Below are positions 1 through 15,900 of a stretch of DNA of 64,000 nt, one piece after another. The notes below the pieces were generated by a model that ran no database searches, was not told where the DNA came from, and saw nothing but the letters and a program-made list of their open reading frames with translations. Origin of the DNA: Eledone cirrhosa (taxonomy: Eukaryota); NCBI GenBank assembly GCA_964016885.1, contig OZ024749.1:27714001-27778000 (forward strand), read 5' to 3'. Numbering within the stretch: position 1 is the first letter of the stretch; every line of letters starts with the position of its first letter. Both the position numbers and the translations under genes were made by a program.

Positions 1-393
1 ATATAGACAATATGTAGTACTGACTTAAATGTTTATATTCAAACTCACCCTACAGACTTGAGTTGCTCTACACCTTGGATGTAATGCATGCACAAATTAA
101 GCACACAACACACAAAGACAAGAAGATGTAGGACAGAACAAAGGACACAAAATAAAAACCTAGTAACTGAGGAGGTCACAGAATGTGTGACAAAAGAGCT
201 TTGACAATATATAAACAACCTTCCAATTATCGAACCAAACCAACCCGAAACTTATAATAAATTGAAGTGAAAACCAACAGGTGCATGTGTTTTTATTGGC
301 AGCATGACCCACCCAAAATATAACAATATCTGTTTCAAAACATGTTTTCAGATAAGAAAGAAATTTGGCAAAACAAATTAAAAAATGAATTAT

Positions 394-447
<54 letters not shown>

Positions 448-757
448 AAGGTATAAACCGAAGTTGTACCTGCCATACAGCATGTACTATTTGAGTTGTT
501 TGAGGAAACCACACAAAGCACTTAATGGAGCAAATAGTTAATATATTATTGTCCAGAGTAAACACAACAGTTAAAAAGTGTGACACCAAGAAAAATGACC
601 GAAAGCAGTGGCCATACATATACCACAACAATAGATACAGAAAGGTCGAAAACTAACCTGGACTGTCTCTTGTTGATTAGAATCAATATAATCGATAAAA
701 ATCTCAGTTAGGTTTCTGGGACCTATATATATAAGGTGCGATATAAGAAATATTTAC

Positions 758-904
758 CTTGATAAATGTGGCAAGGCTGTGGTTGGCAGTTTTGGCATCC
801 ATTAAAATATCATCCTGTTTCTGGTAGAGATGAGGGTAAATGGCTTGGATCAAGTTCTGGATACGGAACTGATAGTCTGAAGAGAATCTTTCATTTCTTG
901 GCAT
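758..904 (-). CDS. DOCK9: DOCK-D exon ([49 protein letters not shown])
   Basis: tctttag acceptor, gtaaat donor; 147 nt. Confidence 0.92.
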
Positions 905-3900
905 CTAAAGAATTGGCAGGAAATATTGATAATATTAACATTAGCAACATTTAACCCTTTTCTTACCATAATTCCAATATTGCTATGATTTTGAAATAAT
1001 TTCGAAAATAATCAAGAATTTGAGAGATTAAGTAAAGTAATTAGCTTTTCATTATTAACCCTTTAGCATTTAAACTGGTCATATCTGGCAGAATTCTCTC
1101 ACCTCTTTCTGTTCAAACCAACCGTACCCTGCCTCTCATACCTACATTAAGGTACTGTTCTCAAAATAAATAATATCAAAATCGATATTATGTGAAATAA
1201 AGCCTTAACCATGAAAATACAATAATAAATATAGAGTAATGTAAATGATAAAGGGTTAAATTTGAATGTATTTAGTAATATTTCTTTTATAAAGTTTCTT
1301 ATTTTTATGCTGACGTTTGGAACATAAAATGTTGATGTAAGATAAATATAAACACTTTAAAATAATCAAATTTTATTACAGAACCAAGGGCAGTTTCAGA
1401 TAGTATGGCATCAAAAGGGTTAATCATTTTTAGAAATGATAAGCTTAATATATGTGTGTAACTAGCTTAGAATAAGTTGTATACCTGGTAAGAGGGTGAT
1501 TAAAAGGGTTGGCCATAAAATATTCCTCAGAAAGGACCCAGAGGTGTGTATAAAACCTGTGATGGGGCCCACAAGGCTGACCCTGTTTTAGCAAAGAAAA
1601 TGGTCTTAAAATGTTTTGTTGCTGCATTGTAGCTTAGAAAAACTAATATATGTGTGTAGCTAATAAAACAATATATATGTGTGTGTGAGTGTAGCTAATA
1701 AATCCATATATATGTATGTCGATGACACAACAAAAAGCACCCAGTCCACACTGTAAGGTGGTCGTGAAGGAGACACGGTAAAAAGGCTCGCAGTCCACAC
1801 TGTAAAGGTGGTTGGTGTTAGGAAGGGCATCCAGCCATAGAAGACCTGCCAGAGACACTTGCGTACAAGCGAGACACGGTCTCCCGACCATTCCTGCATC
1901 ACATGGAACAAAACCGTCAAACCCATGCTAGCGTAGGTTGGACGTTAAACGATGATGATGATGATATGTGTGTGTGAGTTAGATAATAAAAAGTAATATA
2001 TATAAAGATGAAAGTGTAGCTTATACAAACTAATATGTGTGTGTATGTAGAGCTAATAATATGCATGTGTGTGCAGCTGATAAGACTAATATTATATCTT
2101 AACTACACACACACAAATATATTGGTCTGTGATGGCCTGGCCACCCTTTGCTAGCAGGGAAAACGAATGTTAAATGATATGTATGTTTGGCTAGTTTGGT
2201 GGTGATGGTCATGGAAGGAAGGAACTGACTACTTACCTTGATCCTCTCCGTTTCAATGAGGTATTGAGCCATACTTTTGATTAGAATTTCAAAAAAGAAC
2301 CAGGAATGTTTAAGGAAACGGCTGACCACCGACTGATCAGCATTTATGGGGCGAAGTAGAACTGTGAGGTTTTTGGCCAATTCTTCATGGACTGTCTTCA
2401 CTTTAGTTCCTTTAGGGGAGGGCAGGGTCTTAAAAACATACTGTAAAATATAAAGACAGGGTCATTTTAGTTACCTTAGAGGTGGACAGGGTTTTAAAGA
2501 CAGACATACTGTTAACATATATAAAGACAGAGACACTTTAGTTCCTTTGTAGAAGGGCAGGGTCTTAAAAACATATTGTAATATATATAGAGAAAGACAG
2601 GATCACTTCAGTTACCTTAGGGGTGGACAGGGTCTTAACATATTGTAATATATCAAAAGAAAGACAAGGTCATTTTAGTTACTCTAAAGGTGGACATGGT
2701 CTTAAAAACATGCTGCAATATATATAGAGAAAGACAGGGTCATTTTAGTTACTTTAGGGGTAGACAGGATCTTAAAGACATACTGTTATATATAGAAACA
2801 AGGTGGAGAGAGAGAGTATGTTGATTAACAATATCATATAACATACCACTGTAAAATATACATACACTACACCATACGACAGCACTATTATACATCACCA
2901 CTACACCACCACTACTACTCTATAATATATCACAATACACTACACCATGAAGATACCACCACTACACACCACACACTAGACCACCACTATACACCACACC
3001 ACTACCATGCAATACAACAGTGTACACCTCACCATACCACACCAGAGCCCCACTACATACCATACTACAGCACCACTCCACTACTATGCAATACAATACT
3101 GTACACCTCACCAGAGCCCCACTACATACCATACTACAGCACCACTCCACACCACCACCACTATACAATACAACAGTGTACCCCTCACCATACCACCACA
3201 CCAGAGCCCTACTACATACCATACTACAGCACCACTCCACACCATCACCACTACAACAGTGTACACCTCACCATACCACACCAGAGCCCCACTACATACC
3301 ATACTACAGCACCACTCCACACCATCACCACTACAACAGTGTACACCTCACCATACCACACCAGAGCCCCACTACATACCATACTACAGCACCACTCCAC
3401 ACCACCACCACTATACAATACAACAGTGTACACCTCACCATACCACACCAGAGCCCCACTACATACCATACTACAGCACCACTCCACACCATCACCACTA
3501 CAACAGTGTACACCTCACCATACCACACCAGAGCCCCACTACATACCATACTACAGCACCACTCCACACCACCACCACTATACAATACAACAGTGTACCC
3601 CTCACCATACCACCACACCAGAGCCCCACTACATACCATACTACAGCACCACTCCACACCACCACCACTATACAATACAACAGTGTACCCCTCACCATAC
3701 CACCACACCAGAGCCCCACTACATACCATACTACAGCACCACTCCACACCACCACCACTATACAATACAACAGTGTACCCCTCACCATACCACCACACCA
3801 GAGCCCCACTACATACCATACTACAGCACCACTCCACACCACCACCACCACCACTACAACAGTGTACACCTCACCATACCACACCAGAGCCCCACTACAT

Positions 3901-6900
3901 ACCATACTACAGCACCACTCCACACCACCACCACTATACAATACAACAGTGTACACCTCACCATACCACACCAGAGCCCCACTACATACCATACTACAGC
4001 ACCACTCCACACCACCACCACTGTACAATACAACAGTGTACACCTCACCATACCACCACTACAGACCATACTACAGCACCACTCCACACCACCACCACTA
4101 CAACAGTGTACACCTCACCATACCACACCAGAGCCCTACTACATACCATACTACAGCACCACTCCACACCACCACCACTATACAATACAACAGTGTACAC
4201 CTCACCATACCACCTCACCATACCACCACTACATACCATACTACAGCACCACTCCACACCACCACCACTATACAATACAACAGTGTACACCTCACCATAC
4301 CACCACACCAGAGCCCTACTACATACCATACTACAGCACCACTCCACACCACCACCACTACAACAGTGTACACCTCACCATACCACACCAGAGCCCCACT
4401 ACATACCATACTACAGCACCACTCCACACCATCACCACTACAACAGTGTACACCTCACCATACCACACCAGAGCCCTACTACAGACCATACTACAGCACC
4501 ACTCCACACCACCACCACTATACAATACAACAGTGTACACCTCACCATACCACACCAGAGCCCCACTACATACCATACTACAGCACCACTCCACACCACC
4601 ACCACTACAACAGTGTACACCTCACCATACCACCACACCAGAGCACCACTACATACCATACTACAGCACCACTCCACACCACCACCACTACAACAGTGTA
4701 CACCTCACCATACCACACCAGAGCCCCACTACATACCATACTACAGCACCACTCCACACCATCACCACTACAACAGTGTACACCTCACCATACCACACCA
4801 GAGCCCTACTACAGACCATACTACAGCACCACTCCACACCACCACCACTATACAATACAACAGTGTACACCTCACCATACCACACCAGAGCCCCACTACA
4901 TACCATACTACAGCACCACTCCACACCACCACCACTACAACAGTGTACACCTCACCATACCACACCAGAGCCCCACTACATACCATACTACAGCACCACT
5001 CCACACCACCACCACTACAACAGTGTACACCTCACCATACCACACCAGAGCCCCACTCCACACCACTACCACTATACAATACAACAGTGTACCCCTCACC
5101 ATACCACCACACCAGAGCCCCACTACATACCATACTACAGCACCACTCCACACCACCACCACTGTACAATACAACAGTGTACACCTCACCATACCACCAC
5201 TACAGACCATACTACAGCACCACTCCACACCACCACCACTATACAATACAACAGTGTACACCTCACCATACCACACCAGAGCCCCACTACATACCATACT
5301 ACAGCACCACTCCACACCACCACCACTACAACAGTGTACACCTCACCATACCACACCAGAGCCCCACTACATACCATACTACAGCACCACTCCACACCAC
5401 TACCACTATACAATACAACAGTGTACACCTCACCATACCACACCAGAGCCCCACTACATACCATACTACAGCACCACTCCACACCACTACCACTATACAA
5501 TACAACAGTGTACCCCTCACCATACCACCACACCAGAGCCCTACTACATACCATACTACAGCACCACTCCACACCACCACCACTATACAATACAACAGTG
5601 TACACCTCACCATACCACACCAGAGCCCCACTACATACCATACTACAGCACCACTCCACACCACCACCACTACAACAGTGTACACCTCACCATACCACAC
5701 CAGAGCCCCACTACATACCATACTACAGCACCACTCCACACCACCACCACTATACAATACAACAGTGTACCCCTCACCATACCACACCAGAGCCCCACTA
5801 CATACCATACTACAGCACCACTCCACACCACCACCACTATACAATACAACAGTGTACACCTCACCATACCACCACACCAGAGCCCCACTACAGACCATAC
5901 TACAGCACCACTCCACACCACCACCACTGTACAATACAACAGTGTACACCTCACCATACCACACCAGAGCCCCACTACATACCATACTACAGCACCACTC
6001 CACACCACCACCACTACAACAGTGTACACCTCACCATACCACACCAGAGCCCCACTACATACCATACTACAGCACCACTCCACACCACCACCACTACAAC
6101 AGTGTACACCTCACCATACCACCACACCAGAGCCCCACTACAGACCATACTACAGCACCACTCCACACAACCACCACTATACAATACAACAGTGTACACC
6201 TCACCATACCACCACACCAGAGCCCCACTACATACCATACTACAGCACCACTCCACACCACTACCACTGTACAATACAACAGTGTACACCTCACCATACC
6301 ACCACTACATACCATACTACAGCACCACTCCACACCACTACCACTATACAATACAACAGTGTACCCCTCACCATACCACCACACCAGAGCCCTACTACAT
6401 ACCATACTACAGCACCACTCCACACCACCACCACTACAACAGTGTACACCTCACCATACCACACCAGAGCCCCACTACATACCATACTACAGCACCACTC
6501 CACACCACTACCACTATACAATACAACAGTGTACCCCTCACCATACCACACCAGAGCCCCACTACATACCATACTACAGCACCACTCCACACCACTACCA
6601 CTATACAATACAACAGTGTACCCCTCACCATACCACCACTACATACCATACTACAGCACCACTCCACACCACTACCACTATACAATACAACAGTGTACCC
6701 CTCACCATACCACACCAGAGCCCCACTACATACCATACTACAGCACCACTCCACACCACTACCACTATACAATACAACAGTGTACCCCTCACCATACCAC
6801 CACACCAGAGCCCTACTACATACCATACTACAGCACCACTCCACACCACCACCACTATACAATACAACAGTGTACACCTCACCATACCACACCAGAGCCC

Positions 6901-9900
6901 CACTACATACCATACTACAGCACCACTCCACACCACCACCACTACAACAGTGTACACCTCACCATACCACACCAGAGCCCCACTACATACCATACTACAG
7001 CACCACTCCACACCACCACCACTGTACAATACAACAGTGTACACCTCACCATACCACCACACCAGAGCCCCACTACATACCATACTACAGCACCACTCCA
7101 CACCACCACCACTATACAATACAACAGTGTACCCCTCACCATACCACCACACCAGAGCCCCACTACATACCATACTACAGCACCACTCCACACCACCACC
7201 ACTATACAATACAACAGTGTACACCTCACCATACCACCACACCAGAGCCCCACTACATACCATACTACAGCACCACTCCACACCACCACCACTATACAAT
7301 ACAACAGTGTACACCTCACCATACCACCACACCAGAGCCCCACTACAGACCATACTACAGCACCACTCCACACCACTACCACTATACAATACAACAGTGT
7401 ACCCCTCACCATACCACCACACCAGAGCCCTACTACATACCATACTACAGCACCACTCCACACCACCACCACTATACAATACAACAGTGTACACCTCACC
7501 ATACCACACCAGAGCCCCACTACATACCATACTACAGCACCACTCCACACCACCACCACTATACAATACAACAGTGTACCCCTCACCATACCACCACACC
7601 AGAGCCCTACTACAGACCATACTACAGCACCACTCCACACCACCACCACTATACAATACAACAGTGTACACCTCACCATACCACACCACAGCCCCACTAC
7701 ATACCATACTACAGCACCACTCCACACCACCACCACTATACAATACAACAGTGTACACCTCACCATACCACACCACAGCCCCACTACATACCATACTACA
7801 GCACCACTCCACACCACCACCACTATACAATACAACAGTGTACACCTCACCATACCACACCACAGCCCCACTACATACCATACTACAGCACCACTCCACA
7901 CCACCACCACTATACAATACAACAGTGTACACCTCACCATACCACACCAGAGCCCCACTACATACCATACTACAGCACCACTCCACACCACCACCACTAT
8001 ACAATACAACAGTGTACACCTCACCATACCACCACACCAGAGCCCTACTACATACCATACTACAGCACCACTCCACACCACCACCACTGTACAATACAAC
8101 AGTGTACACCTCACCATACCACCACTACAGACCATACTACAGCACCACTCCACACCACTACCACTATACAATACAACAGTGTACCCCTCACCATACCACC
8201 ACACCAGAGCCCTACTACAGACCATACTACAGCACCACTCCACACCACCACCACTACAACAGTGTACACCTCACCATACCACACCAGAGCCCTACTACAT
8301 ACCATACTACAGCACCACTCCACACCACCACCACTATACAATACAACAGTGTACACCTCACCATACCACCTCACCATACCACCACTACATACCATACTAC
8401 AGCACCACTCCACACCACCACCACTATACAATACAACAGTGTACACCTCACCATACCACCACACCAGAGCCCTACTACATACCATACTACAGCACCACTC
8501 CACACCACCACCACTACAACAGTGTACACCTCACCATACCACACCAGAGCCCCACTACATACCATACTACAGCACCACTCCACACCATCACCACTACAAC
8601 AGTGTACACCTCACCATACCACACCAGAGCCCTACTACAGACCATACTACAGCACCACTCCACACCACCACCACTATACAATACAACAGTGTACACCTCA
8701 CCATACCACACCAGAGCCCCACTACATACCATACTACAGCACCACTCCACACCACCACCACTACAACAGTGTACACCTCACCATACCACCACACCAGAGC
8801 ACCACTACATACCATACTACAGCACCACTCCACACCACCACCACTACAACAGTGTACACCTCACCATACCACACCAGAGCCCCACTACATACCATACTAC
8901 AGCACCACTCCACACCATCACCACTACAACAGTGTACACCTCACCATACCACACCAGAGCCCTACTACAGACCATACTACAGCACCACTCCACACCACCA
9001 CCACTATACAATACAACAGTGTACACCTCACCATACCACACCAGAGCCCCACTACATACCATACTACAGCACCACTCCACACCACCACCACTACAACAGT
9101 GTACACCTCACCATACCACCACACCAGAGCACCACTACATACCATACTACAGCACCACTCCACACCACCACCACTACAACAGTGTACACCTCACCATACC
9201 ACACCAGAGCCCCACTACATACCATACTACAGCACCACTCCACACCATCACCACTACAACAGTGTACACCTCACCATACCACACCAGAGCCCTACTACAG
9301 ACCATACTACAGCACCACTCCACACCACCACCACTATACAATACAACAGTGTACACCTCACCATACCACACCAGAGCCCCACTACATACCATACTACAGC
9401 ACCACTCCACACCACCACCACTGTACAATACAACAGTGTACACCTCACCATACCACCACTACAGACCATACTACAGCACCACTCCACACCACCACCACTA
9501 TACAATACAACAGTGTACACCTCACCATACCACACCAGAGCCCCACTACATACCATACTACAGCACCACTCCACACCACCACCACTACAACAGTGTACAC
9601 CTCACCATACCACACCAGAGCCCCACTACATACCATACTACAGCACCACTCCACACCACTACCACTATACAATACAACAGTGTACACCTCACCATACCAC
9701 ACCAGAGCCCCACTACATACCATACTACAGCACCACTCCACACCACTACCACTATACAATACAACAGTGTACCCCTCACCATACCACCACACCAGAGCCC
9801 TACTACATACCATACTACAGCACCACTCCACACCACCACCACTATACAATACAACAGTGTACACCTCACCATACCACACCAGAGCCCCACTACATACCAT

Positions 9901-12900
9901 ACTACAGCACCACTCCACACCACCACCACTACAACAGTGTACACCTCACCATACCACACCAGAGCCCCACTACATACCATACTACAGCACCACTCCACAC
10001 CACCACCACTATACAATACAACAGTGTACCCCTCACCATACCACACCAGAGCCCCACTACATACCATACTACAGCACCACTCCACACCACCACCACTATA
10101 CAATACAACAGTGTACACCTCACCATACCACCACACCAGAGCCCCACTACAGACCATACTACAGCACCACTCCACACCACCACCACTGTACAATACAACA
10201 GTGTACACCTCACCATACCACCACACCAGAGCCCCACTACATACCATACTACAGCACCACTCCACACCACTACCACTATACAATACAACAGTGTACCCCT
10301 CACCATACCACCACACCAGAGCCCTACTACATACCATACTACAGCACCACTCCACACCACCACCACTACAACAGTGTACACCTCACCATACCACACCAGA
10401 GCCCCACTACATACCATACTACAGCACCACTCCACACCACTACCACTATACAATACAACAGTGTACCCCTCACCATACCACACCAGAGCCCCACTACATA
10501 CCATACTACAGCACCACTCCACACCACTACCACTATACAATACAACAGTGTACCCCTCACCATACCACCACTACATACCATACTACAGCACCACTCCACA
10601 CCACTACCACTATACAATACAACAGTGTACCCCTCACCATACCACACCAGAGCCCCACTACATACCATACTACAGCACCACTCCACACCACTACCACTAT
10701 ACAATACAACAGTGTACCCCTCACCATACCACCACACCAGAGCCCTACTACATACCATACTACAGCACCACTCCACACCACCACCACTATACAATACAAC
10801 AGTGTACACCTCACCATACCACACCAGAGCCCCACTACATACCATACTACAGCACCACTCCACACCACCACCACTACAACAGTGTACACCTCACCATACC
10901 ACACCAGAGCCCCACTACATACCATACTACAGCACCACTCCACACCACCACCACTGTACAATACAACAGTGTACACCTCACCATACCACCACACCAGAGC
11001 CCCACTACATACCATACTACAGCACCACTCCACACCACCACCACTATACAATACAACAGTGTACCCCTCACCATACCACCACACCAGAGCCCCACTACAT
11101 ACCATACTACAGCACCACTCCACACCACCACCACTATACAATACAACAGTGTACACCTCACCATACCACCACACCAGAGCCCCACTACATACCATACTAC
11201 AGCACCACTCCACACCACCACCACTATACAATACAACAGTGTACACCTCACCATACCACCACACCAGAGCCCCACTACAGACCATACTACAGCACCACTC
11301 CACACCACTACCACTATACAATACAACAGTGTACCCCTCACCATACCACCACACCAGAGCCCTACTACATACCATACTACAGCACCACTCCACACCACCA
11401 CCACTATACAATACAACAGTGTACACCTCACCATACCACACCAGAGCCCCACTACATACCATACTACAGCACCACTCCACACCACCACCACTATACAATA
11501 CAACAGTGTACACCTCACCATACCACACCAGAGCCCCACTACATACCATACTACAGCACCACTCCACACCACTACCACTATACAATACAACAGTGTACCC
11601 CTCACCATACCACCACACCAGAGCCCTACTACATACCATACTACAGCACCACTCCACACCACCACCACTACAACAGTGTACACCTCACCATACCACACCA
11701 GAGCCCCACTACATACCATACTACAGCACCACTCCACACCACTACCACTATACAATACAACAGTGTACCCCTCACCATACCACCACACCAGAGCCCTACT
11801 ACATACCATACTACAGCACCACTCCACACCACCACCACTACAACAGTGTACACCTCACCATACCACACCAGAGCCCCACTACATACCATACTACAGCACC
11901 ACTCCACACCACTACCACTATACAATACAACAGTGTACACCTCACCATACCTCACCAGAGCCCCACTACATACCATACTACAGCACCACTCCACACCACT
12001 ACCACTATACAATACAACAGTGTACCCCTCACCATACCACCACACCAGAGCCCCACTACATACCATACTACAGCACCACTCCACACCACCACCACTATAC
12101 AATACAACAGTGTACACCTCACCATACCACACCAGAGCCCCACTACATACCATACTACAGCACCACTCCACACCACCACCACTATACAATACAACAGTGT
12201 ACACCTCACCATACCACACCATACCACCACTACAGACCATACTACAGCACCACTCCACACCACCACCACTATACAATACAACAGTGTACACCTCACCATA
12301 CCACACCAGAGCCCCACTACATACCATACTACAGCACCACTCCACACCACCACCACTATACAATACAACAGTGTACACCTCACCATACCACACCAGAGCC
12401 CCACTACATACCATACTACAGCACCACTCCACACCACCACCACTATACAATACAACAGTGTACACCTCACCATACCACACCAGAGCCCCACTACATACCA
12501 TACTACAGCACCACTCCACACCACCACCACTATACAATACAACAGTGTACACCTCACCATACCACACCAGAGCCCCACTACATACCATACTACAGCACCA
12601 CTCCACACCACTACCACTATACAATACAACAGTGTACACCTCACCATACGACCACACCAGAGCCCCACTACAGACCATACTACAGCACCACTCCACACCA
12701 CTACCACTATACAATACAACAGTGTACCCCTCACCATACCACACCAGAGCCCCACTACATACCATACTACAGCACCACTCCACACCACTACCACTATACA
12801 ATACAACAGTGTACACCTCACCATACCACCACACCAGAGCCCCACTACAGACCATACTACAGCACCACTCCACACCACTACCACTATACAATACAACAGT

Positions 12901-15900
12901 GTACCCCTCACCATACCACACCAGAGCCCTACTACAGACCATACTACAGCACCACTCCACACCACCACCACTATACAATACAACAGTGTACACCTCACCA
13001 TACCACACCAGAGCCCCACTACATACCATACTACAGCACCACTCCACACCACCACCACTATACAATACAACAGTGTACACCTCACCATACCACCACACCA
13101 GAGCCCTACTACAGACCATACTACAGCACCACTCCACACCACCACCACTATACAATACAACAGTGTACCCCTCACCATACCACACCAGAGCCCCACTACA
13201 TACCATACTACAGCACCACTCCACACCACTACCACTATACAATACAACAGTGTACCCCTCACCATACCACCACACCAGAGCCCTACTACAGACCATACTA
13301 CAGCACCACTCCACACCACCACCACTATACAATACAACAGTGTACCCCTCACCATACCACCACACCAGAGCCCTACTACAGACCATACTACAGCACCACT
13401 CCACACCACCACCACTATACAATACAACAGTGTACACCTCACCATACCACCACACCAGAGCCCTACTACAGACCATACTACAGCACCACTCCACACCACC
13501 ACCACTATACAATACAACAGTGTACCCCTCACCATACCACCACACCAGAGCCCTACTACAGACCATACTACAGCACCACTCCACACCACCACCACTATAC
13601 AATACAACAGTGTACCCCTCACCATACCACACCAGAGCCCCACTACATACCATACTACAGCACCACTCCACACCACCACCACTATACAATACAACAGTGT
13701 ACCCCTCACCATACCACACCAGAGCCCCACTACATACCATACTACAGCACCACTCCACACCACCACCACTGTACAATACAACAGTGTACACCTCACCATA
13801 CCACCACACCAGAGCCCTACTACAGACCATACTACAGCACCACTCCACACCACCACCACTATACAATACAACAGTGTACCCCTCACCATACCACACCAGA
13901 GCCCCACTACATACCATACTACAGCACCACTCCACACCACTACCACTATACAATACAACAGTGTACCCCTCACCATACCACCACACCAGAGCCCTACTAC
14001 AGACCATACTACAGCACCACTCCACACCACCACCACTATACAATACAACAGTGTACCCCTCACCATACCACCACACCAGAGCCCTACTACAGACCATACT
14101 ACAGCACCACTCCACACCACCACCACTATACAATACAACAGTGTACACCTCACCATACCACCACACCAGAGCCCTACTACAGACCATACTACAGCACCAC
14201 TCCACACCACCACCACTATACAATACAACAGTGTACCCCTCACCATACCACACCAGAGCCCCACTACATACCATACTACAGCACCACTCCACACCACTAC
14301 CACTATACAATACAACAGTGTACCCCTCACCATACCACCACACCAGAGCCCTACTACAGACCATACTACAGCACCACTCCACACCACCACCACTATACAA
14401 TACAACAGTGTACCCCTCACCATACCACCACACCAGAGCCCTACTACAGACCATACTACAGCACCACTCCACACCACCACCACTATACAATACAACAGTG
14501 TACACCTCACCATACCACCACACCAGAGCCCTACTACAGACCATACTACAGCACCACTCCACACCACCACCACTATACAATACAACAGTGTACCCCTCAC
14601 CATACCACCACACCAGAGCCCTACTACAGACCATACTACAGCACCACTCCACACCACCACCACTATACAATACAACAGTGTACCCCTCACCATACCACAC
14701 CAGAGCCCCACTACATACCATACTACAGCACCACTCCACACCACCACCACTATACAATACAACAGTGTACCCCTCACCATACCACACCAGAGCCCCACTA
14801 CATACCATACTACAGCACCACTCCACACCACCACCACTGTACAATACAACAGTGTACACCTCACCATACCACCACACCAGAGCCCTACTACAGACCATAC
14901 TACAGCACCACTCCACACCACCACCACTATACAATACAACAGTGTACCCCTCACCATACCACCACACCAGAGCCCTACTACAGACCATACTACAGCACCA
15001 CTCCACACCACCACCACTATACAATACAACAGTGTACCCCTCACCATACCACACCAGAGCCCCACTACATACCATACTACAGCACCACTCCACACCACCA
15101 CCACTATACAATACAACAGTGTACACCTCACCATACCACCACTACAGACCATACTACATACCATACTACAGCACCACTCCACACCACCACCACTACAACA
15201 GTGTACACCTCACCATACCACCACTACAGACCATACTACAGCACCACTCCACACCACCACCACTGTACAATACAACAGTGTACACCTCACCATACCACCA
15301 CTACATACCATACTACAGCACCACTCCACACCACCACCACTGTACAATACAACAGTGTACACCTCACCATACCACCACTACATACCATACTACAGCACCA
15401 CTCCACACCACCACCACTGTACAATACAACAGTGTACACCTCACCATACCACCACTACATACCATACTACAGCACCACTCCACACCACCACCACTGTACA
15501 ATACAACAGTGTACCCCTCACCATACCACCACACCAGAGCCCCACTACATACCATACTACAGCACCACTCCACACCACCACCACTGTACAATACAACAGT
15601 GAACACCTCACCATACCACCACTACATACCATACTACAGCACCACTCCACACCACCACCACTGTACAATACAACAGTGTACCCCCTCACCATACCACCAC
15701 ACCAGAGCCCCACTACATACCATACTACAGCACCACTCCACACCACCACCACTGTACAATACAACAGTGTACACCTCACCATACCACCACTACATACCAT
15801 ACTACAGCACCACTCCACACCACCACCACTGTACAATACAACAGTGTACACCTCACCATACCACCACACCAGAGCCCCACTACATACCATACTACAGCAC

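Noticed and set aside
163-205. Possible hammerhead CTGAGGA-gtcaca/tgtgac-AAAA
   Set aside because: GAAA core is mutated and stems I and III are unconvincing; at best a decayed copy.
1-757. Next DOCK exon (expected RCF..MDRGFVF-like)
   Set aside because: Not found; it presumably lies beyond the left edge of the window.
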